From Alistipes sp. (GTDB lineage Bacteria; Bacteroidota; Bacteroidia; Bacteroidales; Rikenellaceae): DNA of 63,539 bases. Position numbers and translations under genes: made by a program. Below are positions 37,375 through 48,100 of this stretch, piece after piece. The DNA lies in NCBI RefSeq assembly GCF_021204515.1, contig NZ_JAJPZH010000037.1; one strand, given 5' to 3'. The notes under the pieces were generated by a model. It was not told the DNA's origin. It searched no databases and saw nothing but the letters and a program-made list of their open reading frames with translations. Position 1 is the stretch's first letter. Each line of letters begins with the position of its first letter.

Positions 37375-38469
37375 TTATTTCTTTTTGGGCGTTCCTGCCG
37401 GCTTGGGCCGTTCGGCCGAAAGCGGCAGCGGTTCGCCGATTACCGGATAATCCCCGTCCCAGCTGATTTTCTGGGCGCGCGGCGAACGGGCCGAGCCGTG
37501 TCCGCGCGTGGCCGTGACGGACCGGGCGTGGTAGAGTATGTAGGTCTCCGAGCCGTCGGGCGACGGGAAGAAACTGTTGTGTCCCGTGCAGAAGACCTTG
37601 TTTTCGGGCGACTGTTTCAGGATCGGCTGCGGCGCCTTGCTCCACGACGCCGGATCGAGCAGGTCCGCATCGGCGTCGGCCGTAAGCAGTCCGAGGCAGT
37701 AATAGGCCGTCCAGACGCCGCTGGCCGAGTAGGCGATATGTATGCGGCGGCCCGAGGGGGCTGCCAGCGGCTGCGGACCTTCGTTCACGTAGACGATGTG
37801 TCCCAGCCGTGTGCCGTCGTCGTTGATGTAGCGGCGTTCCCAGTCGTATTCGGGCTGCGAGATCAGCACGCGTTCCGACGCCAATGTCCACGGGTTTTCC
37901 ATGCGTGCGATGTAGATGCACTGCGTTTCGGTTTTGATGCGCTGCGTTTTCCATCCGGACCAGACCATGTAAAGCGTTCCGCGGTGGCGGAAAACCGAGG
38001 CGTCGATGGACCAGTTGTCGTCCGGATCGGTGACGATTTTTCCCTTTACCGAGAATTTTCCCTTCATCGGGTCGGGATTCGCGTTCTCCAGCACATACGT
38101 CCGGTGGTTGTCCGTGTTTCCGTCGTCGGCCGTGAAATAGACGTACCATTTGCCGTCGATGCGGTGTATTTCCGGGGCCCAGATATGCTGGAACCAAGAA
38201 GGTGCGTCCGGTTTCCAGATCGTCTTCCGTTCGGCATTCCGGAGGTCGGTGATGTCGTCCGTAACCCACAGGTCGATACGGTTGCCCAGCGTGTGCATGT
38301 AGTAATACAGTCCGTCGTGGAAGGTCGCCCACGGATCGCCGCCGCCGTCGAGCAGCGGATTGACGAACGTTTCGCTGGTCTCTTTTTGCGGCGTCCGGCA
38401 GCAACCGCCGGCCGGCGGAACCGCCGCGGCGGCCGCCAGCAGGAGTGTCAGTATGCGGAGGAGTTTCAT
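37375..38469 (-). CDS. glycoside hydrolase family 43 (arabinofuranosidase-like), probable lipoprotein
   Basis: GDPW (base), WAPEI, SIDAS (pKa modulator), VNEGP (acid), GHNSF. Confidence 0.9.
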   Translation of the reverse strand: MKLLRILTLLLAAAAAVPPAGGCCRTPQKETSETFVNPLLDGGGDPWATFHDGLYYYMHTLGNRIDLWVTDDITDLRNAERKTIWKPDAPSWFQHIWAPEIHRIDGKWYVYFTADDGNTDNHRTYVLENANPDPMKGKFSVKGKIVTDPDDNWSIDASVFRHRGTLYMVWSGWKTQRIKTETQCIYIARMENPWTLASERVLISQPEYDWERRYINDDGTRLGHIVYVNEGPQPLAAPSGRRIHIAYSASGVWTAYYCLGLLTADADADLLDPASWSKAPQPILKQSPENKVFCTGHNSFFPSPDGSETYILYHARSVTATRGHGSARSPRAQKISWDGDYPVIGEPLPLSAERPKPAGTPKKK

Positions 38470-38482
38470 TTTTTACGGAGCG

Positions 38483-39883
38483 TTATTTCTGTGCGGGGAT
38501 TCGGGGGCGGCGGTCCCACCATGCGAGCACCGTTTTCGAAAGTTCGCCTACGAGCGCCGGATTTTCGGCGGCGAGGTTCGTCTTCTCGTTCGGGTCCTCG
38601 ACGATGTCGTAAAGCTCCGCACCCGAACCGTCGGGATTCACGAGCAGTTTCCAGTCGCCGCGGCGGATCGCCAGCGAAGGACTGCGGTGGTATTCGTCGC
38701 GCGGGAATGAGAACGAGCCGTTGCGTCCGAAGTCCCACATCAGGTCGCCTTTGCGTTCGGTCGCCCGGCCCAGCAGGGCCTCGCTCATATCCTCGCCGCT
38801 CGAACGGTAACCTTCGGGCAGTTTGGCTCCGGCGATGCGGCAGAGCGACGGCAGCAGGTCTACGGCGCAGACGACGGTCCGGTTGTCCACCTTGCCCGCT
38901 TCGATCACGCCCGGCCAGCGGATGATGAACGGCATGCGGATACCGCCTTCATACAGGCTGTTCTTGGTGCCGCGCATCCCGTTCGTGCGCAGCTGGCGGA
39001 AACTCGGCGCAGGACCGTTGTCCGAGGTGAAGATGACGATGGTGTTGTCGCTCAGCCCCCGCTCGTCGAGCTGCTGCAGGAAGCGGCCGATCTGACGGTC
39101 GTATTCAGTCAGCACCTCCGTGAAATTGGGCCGCGATCCGAATGCGGCTTTCCTGTTCTGCGACTCTTCGTCGGGCACCCATGGCGTGTGCATGTCGTCG
39201 GGCCAGAGATTCACGAAACAGGGCGTCCCCTTGTGGCGCGTCATGAAGTCGAGCGTCTTATCGACGAAATAGGCCGTGCGTTCCCAGCGTTTCACCTCGT
39301 CGTCCTTGCACCAGATCCAGTCCGAAGCGGTCAGTTCGGGGGCCGGATCGGGACTTTCCCACGTCGAGCAGTATTCGTCGAATCCGTAGTCGGTGATCTG
39401 GGGTGCGTCCGTCACGTCACGTCCGCCGCCCATGTGCCATTTGCCGAAATGCCCCGTGGCGTAGCCTGCGTCGCGGAGGATGCGGGCCATCGACGGAGCG
39501 TCGCCCGCAAGGAAGTCGGCCTGCTCGCATGCGGCGTTGCCCTTGCGGGAATGCAGGTAGGTGTTGATGCCCCATTCCATCGGGAATATGCCCGTGGTCA
39601 GTCCCACCCGCGAGGGCGAACTCACGGGCGCCGCCGAGTAGTAGCTGTTCATGACGAGTCCCTGTGCCGCCAGCCGGTCGATGCCGGGGGTCTCGACCCA
39701 GCCCGTGTTGGTGCACGAGAGGTCGCCGATGCCCATGTCGTCGGTGTAGATGATAACGATGTTGGGGCGGGTCTTTGGAGCCTGCGCTTTTGCCGGAGCC
39801 TGCGCTTTTGCCGGGGCCTGCGCTGCGGCCGACGCTGCGGTGCTTACGCCCAGCAGTCCGGTGAGAATGGTGCGGTTATTCAT
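38483..39883 (-). CDS. sulfatase (S1, Ser-type)
   Basis: RPNIVIIYTDDMG, SSPSRVGLTTG, GKWH, SDNGP, LYEGGIRMP. Confidence 0.92.
   Translation of the reverse strand: MNNRTILTGLLGVSTAASAAAQAPAKAQAPAKAQAPKTRPNIVIIYTDDMGIGDLSCTNTGWVETPGIDRLAAQGLVMNSYYSAAPVSSPSRVGLTTGIFPMEWGINTYLHSRKGNAACEQADFLAGDAPSMARILRDAGYATGHFGKWHMGGGRDVTDAPQITDYGFDEYCSTWESPDPAPELTASDWIWCKDDEVKRWERTAYFVDKTLDFMTRHKGTPCFVNLWPDDMHTPWVPDEESQNRKAAFGSRPNFTEVLTEYDRQIGRFLQQLDERGLSDNTIVIFTSDNGPAPSFRQLRTNGMRGTKNSLYEGGIRMPFIIRWPGVIEAGKVDNRTVVCAVDLLPSLCRIAGAKLPEGYRSSGEDMSEALLGRATERKGDLMWDFGRNGSFSFPRDEYHRSPSLAIRRGDWKLLVNPDGSGAELYDIVEDPNEKTNLAAENPALVGELSKTVLAWWDRRPRIPAQK
39777..39824. repeat. 18-bp tandem repeat (~2.7 copies) encoding AQAPAK after the signal peptide
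   Basis: ggagcctgcgcttttgcc x2 followed by ggggcctgcgct. Confidence 0.85.
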
Positions 39884-41633
39884 GTTTCGAAGTTTTTGGA
39901 GTTTGCTTTTTTGCGGGTGCTTTGGCCGCCTGCGGCGTCGGCCACGGTTTCACCTGACAGCGTTTGGCGAACGCGTCCCATTTCGCGGCCAGTTCCTTGA
40001 CCTTCTCGGGGTGTTTCGCTGCGACGTCGCAGCACTCCGTCCGGTCGGTTTCGAGGTCGTAAAGCTCCCATGCCGCCAGCGGAATGTCCTGTTCGCGTCC
40101 GGGCGCGGCCTTGTAGACCAGTTTCCAGCGGCCCGAACGTACGGCGCGGTTGCCTTCGTGCTCCCAGTAAAGACAGCGTCCCGGCTGAGCCCGGTCGGCG
40201 GCGAACGATCCCGTCAGGCTCACGCCCTCGCAGGCCGGAATCGGCTTGCCGTCGTGTTGTTCGGGATACTGCGCCCCAGCCAGATCGGTGCAGGTCGCCA
40301 TGATGTCCGGAAGCTGTCCCGGCGTTTTGCGCATCTCGCCCCGCGCGGCGATTCCCGCCGGCCAGTGGACGATCAGGGGCGTGGCGATGCCGCCTTCGTG
40401 CACCCAGTGTTTGTATTCGCGGAAGGGGGTGTCGCTTAGATGCGCCCAGCCTTTTCCGTAAGCTACGTATGTGTCGGCGTCTCCCGCCGCGACCTGTCCG
40501 CGGCGCATCGGACGTCCGTCGCGCGATTTGAAGGGAATCAGGCGGGTCTGCAGTTCGTCGGGACCCATCGGCGCGAGCGTTTCGCCTTCCGGGATGCGGA
40601 CCGTGAACGGTTTTCTCATGCGCTCCATCGGTTCGGCGCAGCCGCCGTTGTCCTGCAGGAACAGGATAACCGTATTGTCGAGCATTCCCTGCTCCCGCAG
40701 CCACCCGACCACCCGGCCGATATTGCGGTCCATGCGCGAGACGACGCCTGCGTAAACCTCCATGCAGCGGGTCTCGAACTCCTTGTTTTCCACCGTCCGC
40801 CACGGCGTTACCGTTTCGTCGGTCGAAAGCGACCAGCGCGGGTCGATAAGTCCTCTGCGGATCATCTCCCGATATTTCGCGCGCCGCAGTTCGTCCCAGC
40901 CGTTGTCGAAGGCGCCGTAATAGGGTTCGACCTCCTCTTCGGGAACCTGCATGGGCCAGTGGGCCGCCGTGAAGGCCATATACATAAAGAACGGCTTGCC
41001 GTTCTGCGCTTTCTTGTGCTCGCCGAGAAACTTTACCGCGTTGTCGGCGATAGCGTCGGTATAATAGAATTTTTCGGGACGGTATTCGGGGTCGTTTTCG
41101 GGCGTGACGTAGTCGTTGCCGCGGCAGAGCGTCGCCGGGTCGTAATAGCTGCCTCCGCCCATGATGGTTCCGTAGAAATGGTCGAATCCCCGCTGCAGGG
41201 GCCAGTTGTGCTTCGAACCTGCGGGGTCTATGTTCTTCGCCACGTGCCATTTGCCGACGGCGAAGGTTTCGTAACCCGCCGTGCGGAGCGCTTCGCCCAG
41301 CGTTACGCAGCGGTCGTTCAGTTCGCCGCGGTATCCCTCCTGTCCGCGGTCCTGCGTCATGTGGCCCATGCCCGCTTGGTGGGGGTGGAGTCCCGTCAGC
41401 AGACTCGCCCGCGAAGGACAGCTGCGTGCTGTATTATAGAATTGGGTGTAACGAAGTCCGTTTGCGGCGAGACTGTCCAGATTGGGCGTGCGGATTACTC
41501 CTCCGTAACAGCCGATATCGGAATAGCCCATGTCGTCGGCCAGTATGACGAGGATGTTGGGCCGCTGCTGCGCCGCAGCCGGAGCCGCACTCGCCGCTCC
41601 GCCGAGAACGGTCAGGATGATCGCGTTTTTCAT
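39876..41633 (-). CDS. arylsulfatase (S1, Ser-type)
   Basis: RPNILVILADDMG, SCPSRASLLTG, GKWH, QDNGG, HEGGIATP. Confidence 0.92.
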   Translation of the reverse strand: MKNAIILTVLGGAASAAPAAAQQRPNILVILADDMGYSDIGCYGGVIRTPNLDSLAANGLRYTQFYNTARSCPSRASLLTGLHPHQAGMGHMTQDRGQEGYRGELNDRCVTLGEALRTAGYETFAVGKWHVAKNIDPAGSKHNWPLQRGFDHFYGTIMGGGSYYDPATLCRGNDYVTPENDPEYRPEKFYYTDAIADNAVKFLGEHKKAQNGKPFFMYMAFTAAHWPMQVPEEEVEPYYGAFDNGWDELRRAKYREMIRRGLIDPRWSLSTDETVTPWRTVENKEFETRCMEVYAGVVSRMDRNIGRVVGWLREQGMLDNTVILFLQDNGGCAEPMERMRKPFTVRIPEGETLAPMGPDELQTRLIPFKSRDGRPMRRGQVAAGDADTYVAYGKGWAHLSDTPFREYKHWVHEGGIATPLIVHWPAGIAARGEMRKTPGQLPDIMATCTDLAGAQYPEQHDGKPIPACEGVSLTGSFAADRAQPGRCLYWEHEGNRAVRSGRWKLVYKAAPGREQDIPLAAWELYDLETDRTECCDVAAKHPEKVKELAAKWDAFAKRCQVKPWPTPQAAKAPAKKQTPKTSKHE

Positions 41634-41746
41634 AAGTCGGTTTTTGGGTTGGGTTCTGACTGCAAGGTACGCATTAAGCCGCGTACGGGGTTTAAAATTT
41701 TACCCAAAAAAGCCGGAGAAAATATTCAAAAACATACAAAAGCCGT

Positions 41747-41813
41747 TTGGTTAAATTTTTATAGTCGTTGGTTATATTGTAAAAATCCGCCCCGGAGTAT
41801 TTGCCTACATTTG
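41747..41813 (+). promoter_or_regulatory. candidate HTCS-type direct repeat plus -7 promoter element upstream of the GH2/GH5 operon
   Basis: TTGGTTAAATTTTTA (41747) and TTGGTTATATTGTAA (41768), 21 bp apart; TACATTTG at 41806-41813. Confidence 0.5.
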
Positions 41814-41925
41814 TATCGGTCCCGTTTCCCGGACGAACGTGCGCCGCTTTTATTTATAGGTGTTTCCGGTTCCTTCGGACCGCGATTCTTTCCGCAGACA
41901 AATTTTAACTACTATAATTCCGACA

Positions 41926-43746
41926 ATGAAAAAACTCTTTCTTGCCTTTTCCCTCCTGCTCGCCGTGTGCGGCACGGCGGTTCGTGCCCAGTGGCGTCCC
42001 GCAGGCGACAAGATCAAAACCAAATGGGCCGCCGAGGTCGATCCCGCCTGCGTGCTGCCCGAATACCCGCGCCCGCAGCTGGTGCGCGACGCATGGTGCA
42101 GCCTGAACGGTCTGTGGGATTTCGCCATGACCCCGGCCGGCGCCGCCGAACCCGCCGAATACGCCGAACGGATTTTGGTGCCGTTCGCCGTCGAATCTTC
42201 GCTTTCGGGCATCCAGCGTACGGTCACCGAAAACGACCTGATGTGGTATAAGCGCACGTTCGAAGTTCCCGCCGACTGGAAGGGCCGCGACGTGCTGCTG
42301 CATTTCGGCGCCGTGGACTGGCGGACCGACGTTTACGTCAATGACCGGCTGGTCGGCCGTCACGAAGGCGGATTCACCCCTTTCTCGTTCAATATCACGC
42401 CTTACCTGACGGGCAAAGGCGCGCAGAAACTCGTCGTCCGCGTCTGGGATCCCACCGACAAGGGCTATCAGCCGATCGGCAAACAGGTGCGTAAGCCCCG
42501 CGGTATCTGGTATACGGCCGTGAGCGGTATCTGGCAGACCGTGTGGATGGAACCGGTGGCCGCGAATTATATCGCCGCAGTGAAGTCCGTGCCCGATCTC
42601 GATGCTCATGCTGTCGCCGTGACGGTCGCCGCGCCCGCGGCGCAGGCCGGCGACCGGGTGGAGATCACTCTGCTCGACGGCGGGAAGGCGGTCGCTCAGG
42701 CCGCAGGCGCGCCGGACGTCCCGGTTTACGTGCGGCTGGAAAACGCCAAACTGTGGAGTCCCGATTCTCCGTTCCTCTACGATATGAAGGTCGTGCTGAA
42801 GCGTAACGGCAAAGTCTCCGACGAAGTGGCGTCCTATACGGCGATGCGCAAGATTTCCTTTGCGGAGGACGCCCGCGGCATCCAGCGCATGTACCTGAAC
42901 GACGAACCGCTGTTCCACTTCGGTCCGCTGGATCAGGGCTGGTGGCCCGACGGTCTTTATACGGCTCCGACCGACGAAGCGCTGGCGTACGACATCGTCA
43001 AGACCAAGGAGTTAGGCTACAACATGATCCGCAAACACGTGAAGGTGGAGCCTGCGCGCTGGTACTACCACTGCGACCGTCTCGGCATGCTCGTATGGCA
43101 GGATATGCCCAGCGGCGACGGCGGCAACAAGTGGGAGCCGAACGTTTACGGCGGCGGAACGGACCGCGACCGCACGGCCGAATCGAAGGCCTGCTACCGG
43201 AAGGAGTGGCGTGAGATCATGGATTTCTGCATGTCCAATCCCTGTGTCGTGATGTGGGTTCCGTTCAATGAGGCATGGGGTCAGTTCGATACCGAGGCCG
43301 TGGCCGAATGGACCAAGCAGTACGATCCTTCGCGTCTGGTGAGTCCCGCCAGCGGTGGCAACCACCGGGCCTGCGGCGACGTGCTTGACATCCACAGCTA
43401 TCCTGCGCCCCGGTTCAAGGCTTTCGACCCGCTGCGCGTGACGGTGCTGGGCGAGTACGGCGGCATCGGCCTTCCGCTCGACGGTCATACGTGGGTGAAG
43501 AACCGCAACTGGGGCTATATCCAGTTCAAGAGCATCGAAGAGGTGACCGCCGAATATGTGAAATACGCCGAACTGCTCGAATGTTACGTGAAATGCGGAT
43601 TCTCGGCGGCGGTCTATACCCAGACTACCGACGTGGAGGTCGAGGTGAACGGCCTGATGACCTACGACCGCAAAGTCGTTAAAGTCGATGAACAGCGTAT
43701 CCGCGAGGCGAACCGCAGCGTCATCGCGTCGATGACCGAAGAGTAA
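41926..43746 (+). CDS. glycoside hydrolase family 2
   Basis: Signal peptide MKKLFLAF; YPRPQL, LHFGAVD, LDQGWWPDG, FNEAWG, GEYGG; paralog of 26755-29079. Confidence 0.9.
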   Translation: MKKLFLAFSLLLAVCGTAVRAQWRPAGDKIKTKWAAEVDPACVLPEYPRPQLVRDAWCSLNGLWDFAMTPAGAAEPAEYAERILVPFAVESSLSGIQRTVTENDLMWYKRTFEVPADWKGRDVLLHFGAVDWRTDVYVNDRLVGRHEGGFTPFSFNITPYLTGKGAQKLVVRVWDPTDKGYQPIGKQVRKPRGIWYTAVSGIWQTVWMEPVAANYIAAVKSVPDLDAHAVAVTVAAPAAQAGDRVEITLLDGGKAVAQAAGAPDVPVYVRLENAKLWSPDSPFLYDMKVVLKRNGKVSDEVASYTAMRKISFAEDARGIQRMYLNDEPLFHFGPLDQGWWPDGLYTAPTDEALAYDIVKTKELGYNMIRKHVKVEPARWYYHCDRLGMLVWQDMPSGDGGNKWEPNVYGGGTDRDRTAESKACYRKEWREIMDFCMSNPCVVMWVPFNEAWGQFDTEAVAEWTKQYDPSRLVSPASGGNHRACGDVLDIHSYPAPRFKAFDPLRVTVLGEYGGIGLPLDGHTWVKNRNWGYIQFKSIEEVTAEYVKYAELLECYVKCGFSAAVYTQTTDVEVEVNGLMTYDRKVVKVDEQRIREANRSVIASMTEE

Positions 43747-43777
43747 TTTTCATACCTTTGCAACCAAACCGACCGAT

Positions 43778-44992
43778 ATGAAACGACTGATAAGTTTTCT
43801 GATTCTTTGCGCCGCCGTGCTGACCGCCGGAGCGCAGACCCCCGCCCGTACCGAGGCCGACTTCCCCGAAGTTCCCGGCCGCTGGAGCGTCGAGCGCATC
43901 AACGCTTGGTACGATCGGCTCCCGTGGCTCGTGGGCTGCAACTACTATCCCGCCACGGCCATCAACCAGATCGAGATGTGGCAGGCTTCGACGTGGGACC
44001 CTGCGACCATCGACAAGGAGCTGGGCTGGGCCGAAGGCATCGGCTTCAATACGCTCCGCGTCTACCTGCACGATCTGGTGTGGGCCGACGACGAACAGGG
44101 CCTTTACAAACGCATGGATCAGTTCCTCGACATCTGTTCCCGCCACGGCATCCGTCCCTTTTTCGTCTTCTTCGACGACTGCCATTTCCCCAAACCCCAG
44201 CTGGGCGAGCAGCCGCTTCCCGTCCGCAACTACCACAATTCGGGGTGGGTGAACTCTCCGGCCCGCGACGTGGCGATCCGTTATGCCGAGGGTAAGGCGA
44301 CGCCCGAAGAGGCAGCCCGTCTGAAAGGCTACGTACAGCGTACGATGACCCGTTTCAAGGATGACGGGCGCGTACTCTGCTGGGAGCTTTACAACGAACC
44401 GGGGCGCGGCGCCGGCGAGAACGGCAACATGGGCAACGCCGAAGGTTCGAAGCAGAGCATCGGCGACTTGTCGAACCGCCTGCTGTACGATGCGTGGAAA
44501 TGGGCGCGCGAGGTAAACCCCTCCCAGCCGGTGATGTCCACTTCGCACGGCGCCGTGGGAAAACTCAATACCTACATCAGCCGCACCAACAGCGACATGC
44601 AGTCGGTCCACTCCTACGAGAAACCCGAAGTGGTCGAACGCATCGTCAAAAATTACGGCGCCGACGGCCGTCCCGTCTTCATGACCGAATGGCTGGCCCG
44701 TCCGCGCGGCAGCCGTGTCGCCAACTGTCTTCCGCTGATGAAAAAACTGCGCGTGGCGGCTATCAACTGGGGTTTGGTCGCAGGCAAGAGCGGCACCAAC
44801 TGGCCGTGGAGCAGCCGCCGTATTCCGGGGCCTACGCTGGCCGAACGGCGCGCCTCGGGCGACGTGGTCCGTCCGGGCGAACCTTTCCCCGAACCGGAAG
44901 TCTGGTTCCACGATATTTTCCGCACCGACGGTACGCCTTTCGATGCCGGGGAAATCGAAATATTCCGCAAGTGGACCGGAAAAACGAAATAA
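43778..44992 (+). CDS. glycoside hydrolase family 5 (GH5_13-like)
   Basis: GCNYYPATAINQIEMWQ, GFNTLRVYLH, WELYNEP, MTEWLAR, NWGLVAGK, WFHDIF. Confidence 0.8.
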   Translation: MKRLISFLILCAAVLTAGAQTPARTEADFPEVPGRWSVERINAWYDRLPWLVGCNYYPATAINQIEMWQASTWDPATIDKELGWAEGIGFNTLRVYLHDLVWADDEQGLYKRMDQFLDICSRHGIRPFFVFFDDCHFPKPQLGEQPLPVRNYHNSGWVNSPARDVAIRYAEGKATPEEAARLKGYVQRTMTRFKDDGRVLCWELYNEPGRGAGENGNMGNAEGSKQSIGDLSNRLLYDAWKWAREVNPSQPVMSTSHGAVGKLNTYISRTNSDMQSVHSYEKPEVVERIVKNYGADGRPVFMTEWLARPRGSRVANCLPLMKKLRVAAINWGLVAGKSGTNWPWSSRRIPGPTLAERRASGDVVRPGEPFPEPEVWFHDIFRTDGTPFDAGEIEIFRKWTGKTK

Positions 44993-45001
44993 AACGCCAC
45001 G

Positions 45002-45037
45002 ATCCCCGTTCCGGTTTTCGGAGCGGGGATTTTTTTT
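45002..45037 (+). terminator. intrinsic terminator
   Basis: Stem atccccgttccg/cggagcggggat followed by a T-run. Confidence 0.8.
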
Positions 45038-45159
45038 CGCGCGAAACCTGCTGTCCGGCAGCCGATACCGAATTCCGTTGCGTGTAAACGGCCTTTTTTG
45101 TATGTTTTCCCGCCGGATTTTTTGTATATTGCATAACTTTTAAAGTAAGGAACCGCGAT

Positions 45160-48100
45160 ATGTTGAAACGGGGAAGGGTGATTGTGCTGACTGTCCTGAT
45201 GCTGTTCTGCTGGGCATACGGACGGGCCGAACGGTTTGCGTTTCTGAAATACGAGGTGGACGACGGCCTTTCGAACAACACGGTGCGCTGCGTCGTGCAG
45301 GACAGTCTCGGCTTTATGTGGTTCGGTACTGCCGACGGACTTACGCGTTTCGACGGCAGACATTACCGCTGCTATTACGGCGGCGACGGTCCCGCGGCGC
45401 TGGGTAACAGTGCGGTCTATTCGCTCTACGTGGACGCCGGCGGCTTCGTTTGGGTCGGAACCGGCAGCGGCGTCTATATTTACGATCCCGGCCGCGACGC
45501 TTTCCGGCGTTTCACCCTCGAAACCGAAGATCGCGTGCCGGTCAGCAGCCGTGTCAATACGATCGCCGGCGGCGATGGCGGGCGGATCTGGATCGGCACG
45601 CAGGGGCAGGGCGTTTTCGTCTGCGATCCCGCGGCCGGAACCCTGCGCCAGTCGAGCCGCCATGCGTCGATGGTCTCCGTGATCAGACGAATGTCCGACG
45701 GCGGCATGCTCATCGGCTCGGAGGTCGGGACCCTTTCTCTGTTTACGGCGCAGGGCGATTTTGTCCGCACTCTTTTCTCCGACACCGATTTCGGCGACAT
45801 CCGCAACGCCGAGATTTCGGCGCTTTATGTGCGTGGCGATGCGCTTTGGTTCGGCATGGGGGTTCGGGGATTCTGGGAACTCGCGCCCGGCGGCCCGGTC
45901 CGGAGCTATGCTCCCGGCGATGCCTCCGGGACATTCGACGTGCGTGCGCTTTACCCCTTTTCCGAGCGGGAACTGCTGGTCGGCACCAACAGCGGGCTTT
46001 TCCTCTTCGACACCGTCGGCAAGACCTTTACGCAGGCCGCCGACGCCTCCACGCCTTTCGGAACCTACCACCATTCGGTCAATGACATCTGCCGCGACCG
46101 CGAGGGCGGCATCTGGATCGCCACCGAATACGGCGGCGTGCATTACCTGCCGCGTCACCTCAAGACGTTCGAACAATACCTCTCGGTCAATTCGCCCGAA
46201 ACGCGCGGCGGCATGATCGTCACCGGTTTCTGCGAGGACAAGGGCCGCAACGTCTGGGTCGGTACCGTGGACGGCGGGCTTTTCTGTTTCCACGCTCCGA
46301 CCGGAGAGCAGGTTCCTCTGCCGAAGATTCCTTATATTGCCAATATCCGGTGTCTGATGCTCGACGGTCCGCGGCTCTGGGTCGGTACGGCGGCCGACGG
46401 CCTTTACATCGTCGATACCCGTACGGGCGCCGTCGAGAATCACCGTCACAAACGCTATGACTCTTCGACGATCGGCGATAACTGCGTCACGGCGCTGCTG
46501 CGCGACCGCAAAGGGCGTATTTATGTCGGCACGGCGTGGGGGCTGAACCGTTATGACCGGGCGACCGGGCGTTTCCTGCAGGAAGCCCGGGCCAACAATC
46601 AGGCCAACGTCTCGGACATCATCGAGGACCGGCGCGGCAATATCTGGATCGCCACCCGCAACATCGGGGTTTTCCGTTATACGCCCGAGCAGGATGCTTG
46701 GCGTAAGTTCGCCTATAATTCGTCGCAGCCCGAGTCGCTGCGCAGCAACAGCGTCGTGACGCTGTTCGAGGACCGCCGCGGCCGCATCTGGTTCGGCACC
46801 GAGAACGGACTCTGCTATTTCAGCTATAAAACCAACGCCTTCGTGCGGTTCGACCCCGAAGGTCTCGGCCCCAACAGCCAGATGATCGCCGGCATCGAGC
46901 AGGACCGCAGCGGCCGGTTGTGGGTGTCGGGCAATACGGGCATCAGCTGCATCGACATGCCCGCATGCCGCGTGGTGAACCGCTTCGGACGGGTAGACGG
47001 TCTGCAAAGCAACCAGTTCAATCCCCGCGCCTGCTTCAAATCGAAGGGCGGCAAACTCTTTTTCGGCGGGGTCAATGGGTTCAACGTCTTCAACCCCGAC
47101 CGTTTTCAGGACAACGACCGCCGTCCCGAAGTGCGGCTGACCAACCTTTATGTCAACAGCCGCGAAGTGACCGTCGGCGGAGAGGATTCGCCGCTCGAAC
47201 GCGCGGTGTACGAGACACAGCGGGTGAGGCTCCGCTATTTCCAGAATTCCGTGGGCTTCGATTACGCGGCTTTCAGTTACCAGTCGCCGCGTAAAAACCG
47301 CTACCGCTACCGGCTTGCAGGCTGGGATTCCGACTGGATCGAGGCCGGCAGCCGGACGCAGGCGTCCTACAGCAATCTGCCGCCCGGCAAATACCGTTTC
47401 GAGGTGACCGGTTCGAACAACGACGGCATTTGGAGCGATCTCCCGGCGGCCGTCGATCTGACGATCGTTCCGCCGTTCTACCGTACGACCGCGGCTTATA
47501 TTTTCTATGTCCTGCTGTTCGCTGCGGCGCTGGTGCAGTTTCTCGTGATGCAGAACCGCCGCCACCACCGCCGTCTGCGGGAGTACGCCGCCGAGCAGGA
47601 GAAGGCGACCTACCGGGCCAAGATCGAATTCTTTACCAACCTCGCGCATGAGATCCGTACGCCGCTGACGCTTATCAAGGCGCCGCTGGAGAGTATCGTC
47701 AAATCCGGCGACGGCAATATCCAGACCCGCAATTATCTGGAGATCATGAACCGCAATGTGGTCAATCTGCTCAATCTGATCAACCAACTCCTCGATTTCC
47801 GTAAGATGGAGGAGATCAACTATTCGCTGCAGCTCGCGTCGTGCGACGTCACGGCGTTGGTGCAGGATATCTGCATCCGCTTCCGTGCGGCGGTCGAGAC
47901 CAGCGGCCTGCAGCTCGAAACGCACCTTCCCGACGGGCCGGTGATTTTCAACATCGACCGGGATGCGATGACCAAAATCGTCAATAACGTACTGGTCAAT
48001 GCCGTCAAATACGCTTCGTCGCAGGTCGTCGTTTCCCTTACGCAGGAACCCGGAACTTTCCGCATCGTGATCGCTGACGACGGACCCGGCGTAGACAGCA

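Noticed and set aside
36169-38925. 918 aa plus-strand ORF and the many Arg/Pro-rich alternative-frame ORFs
   Set aside because: They overlap well-supported genes and show off-frame composition
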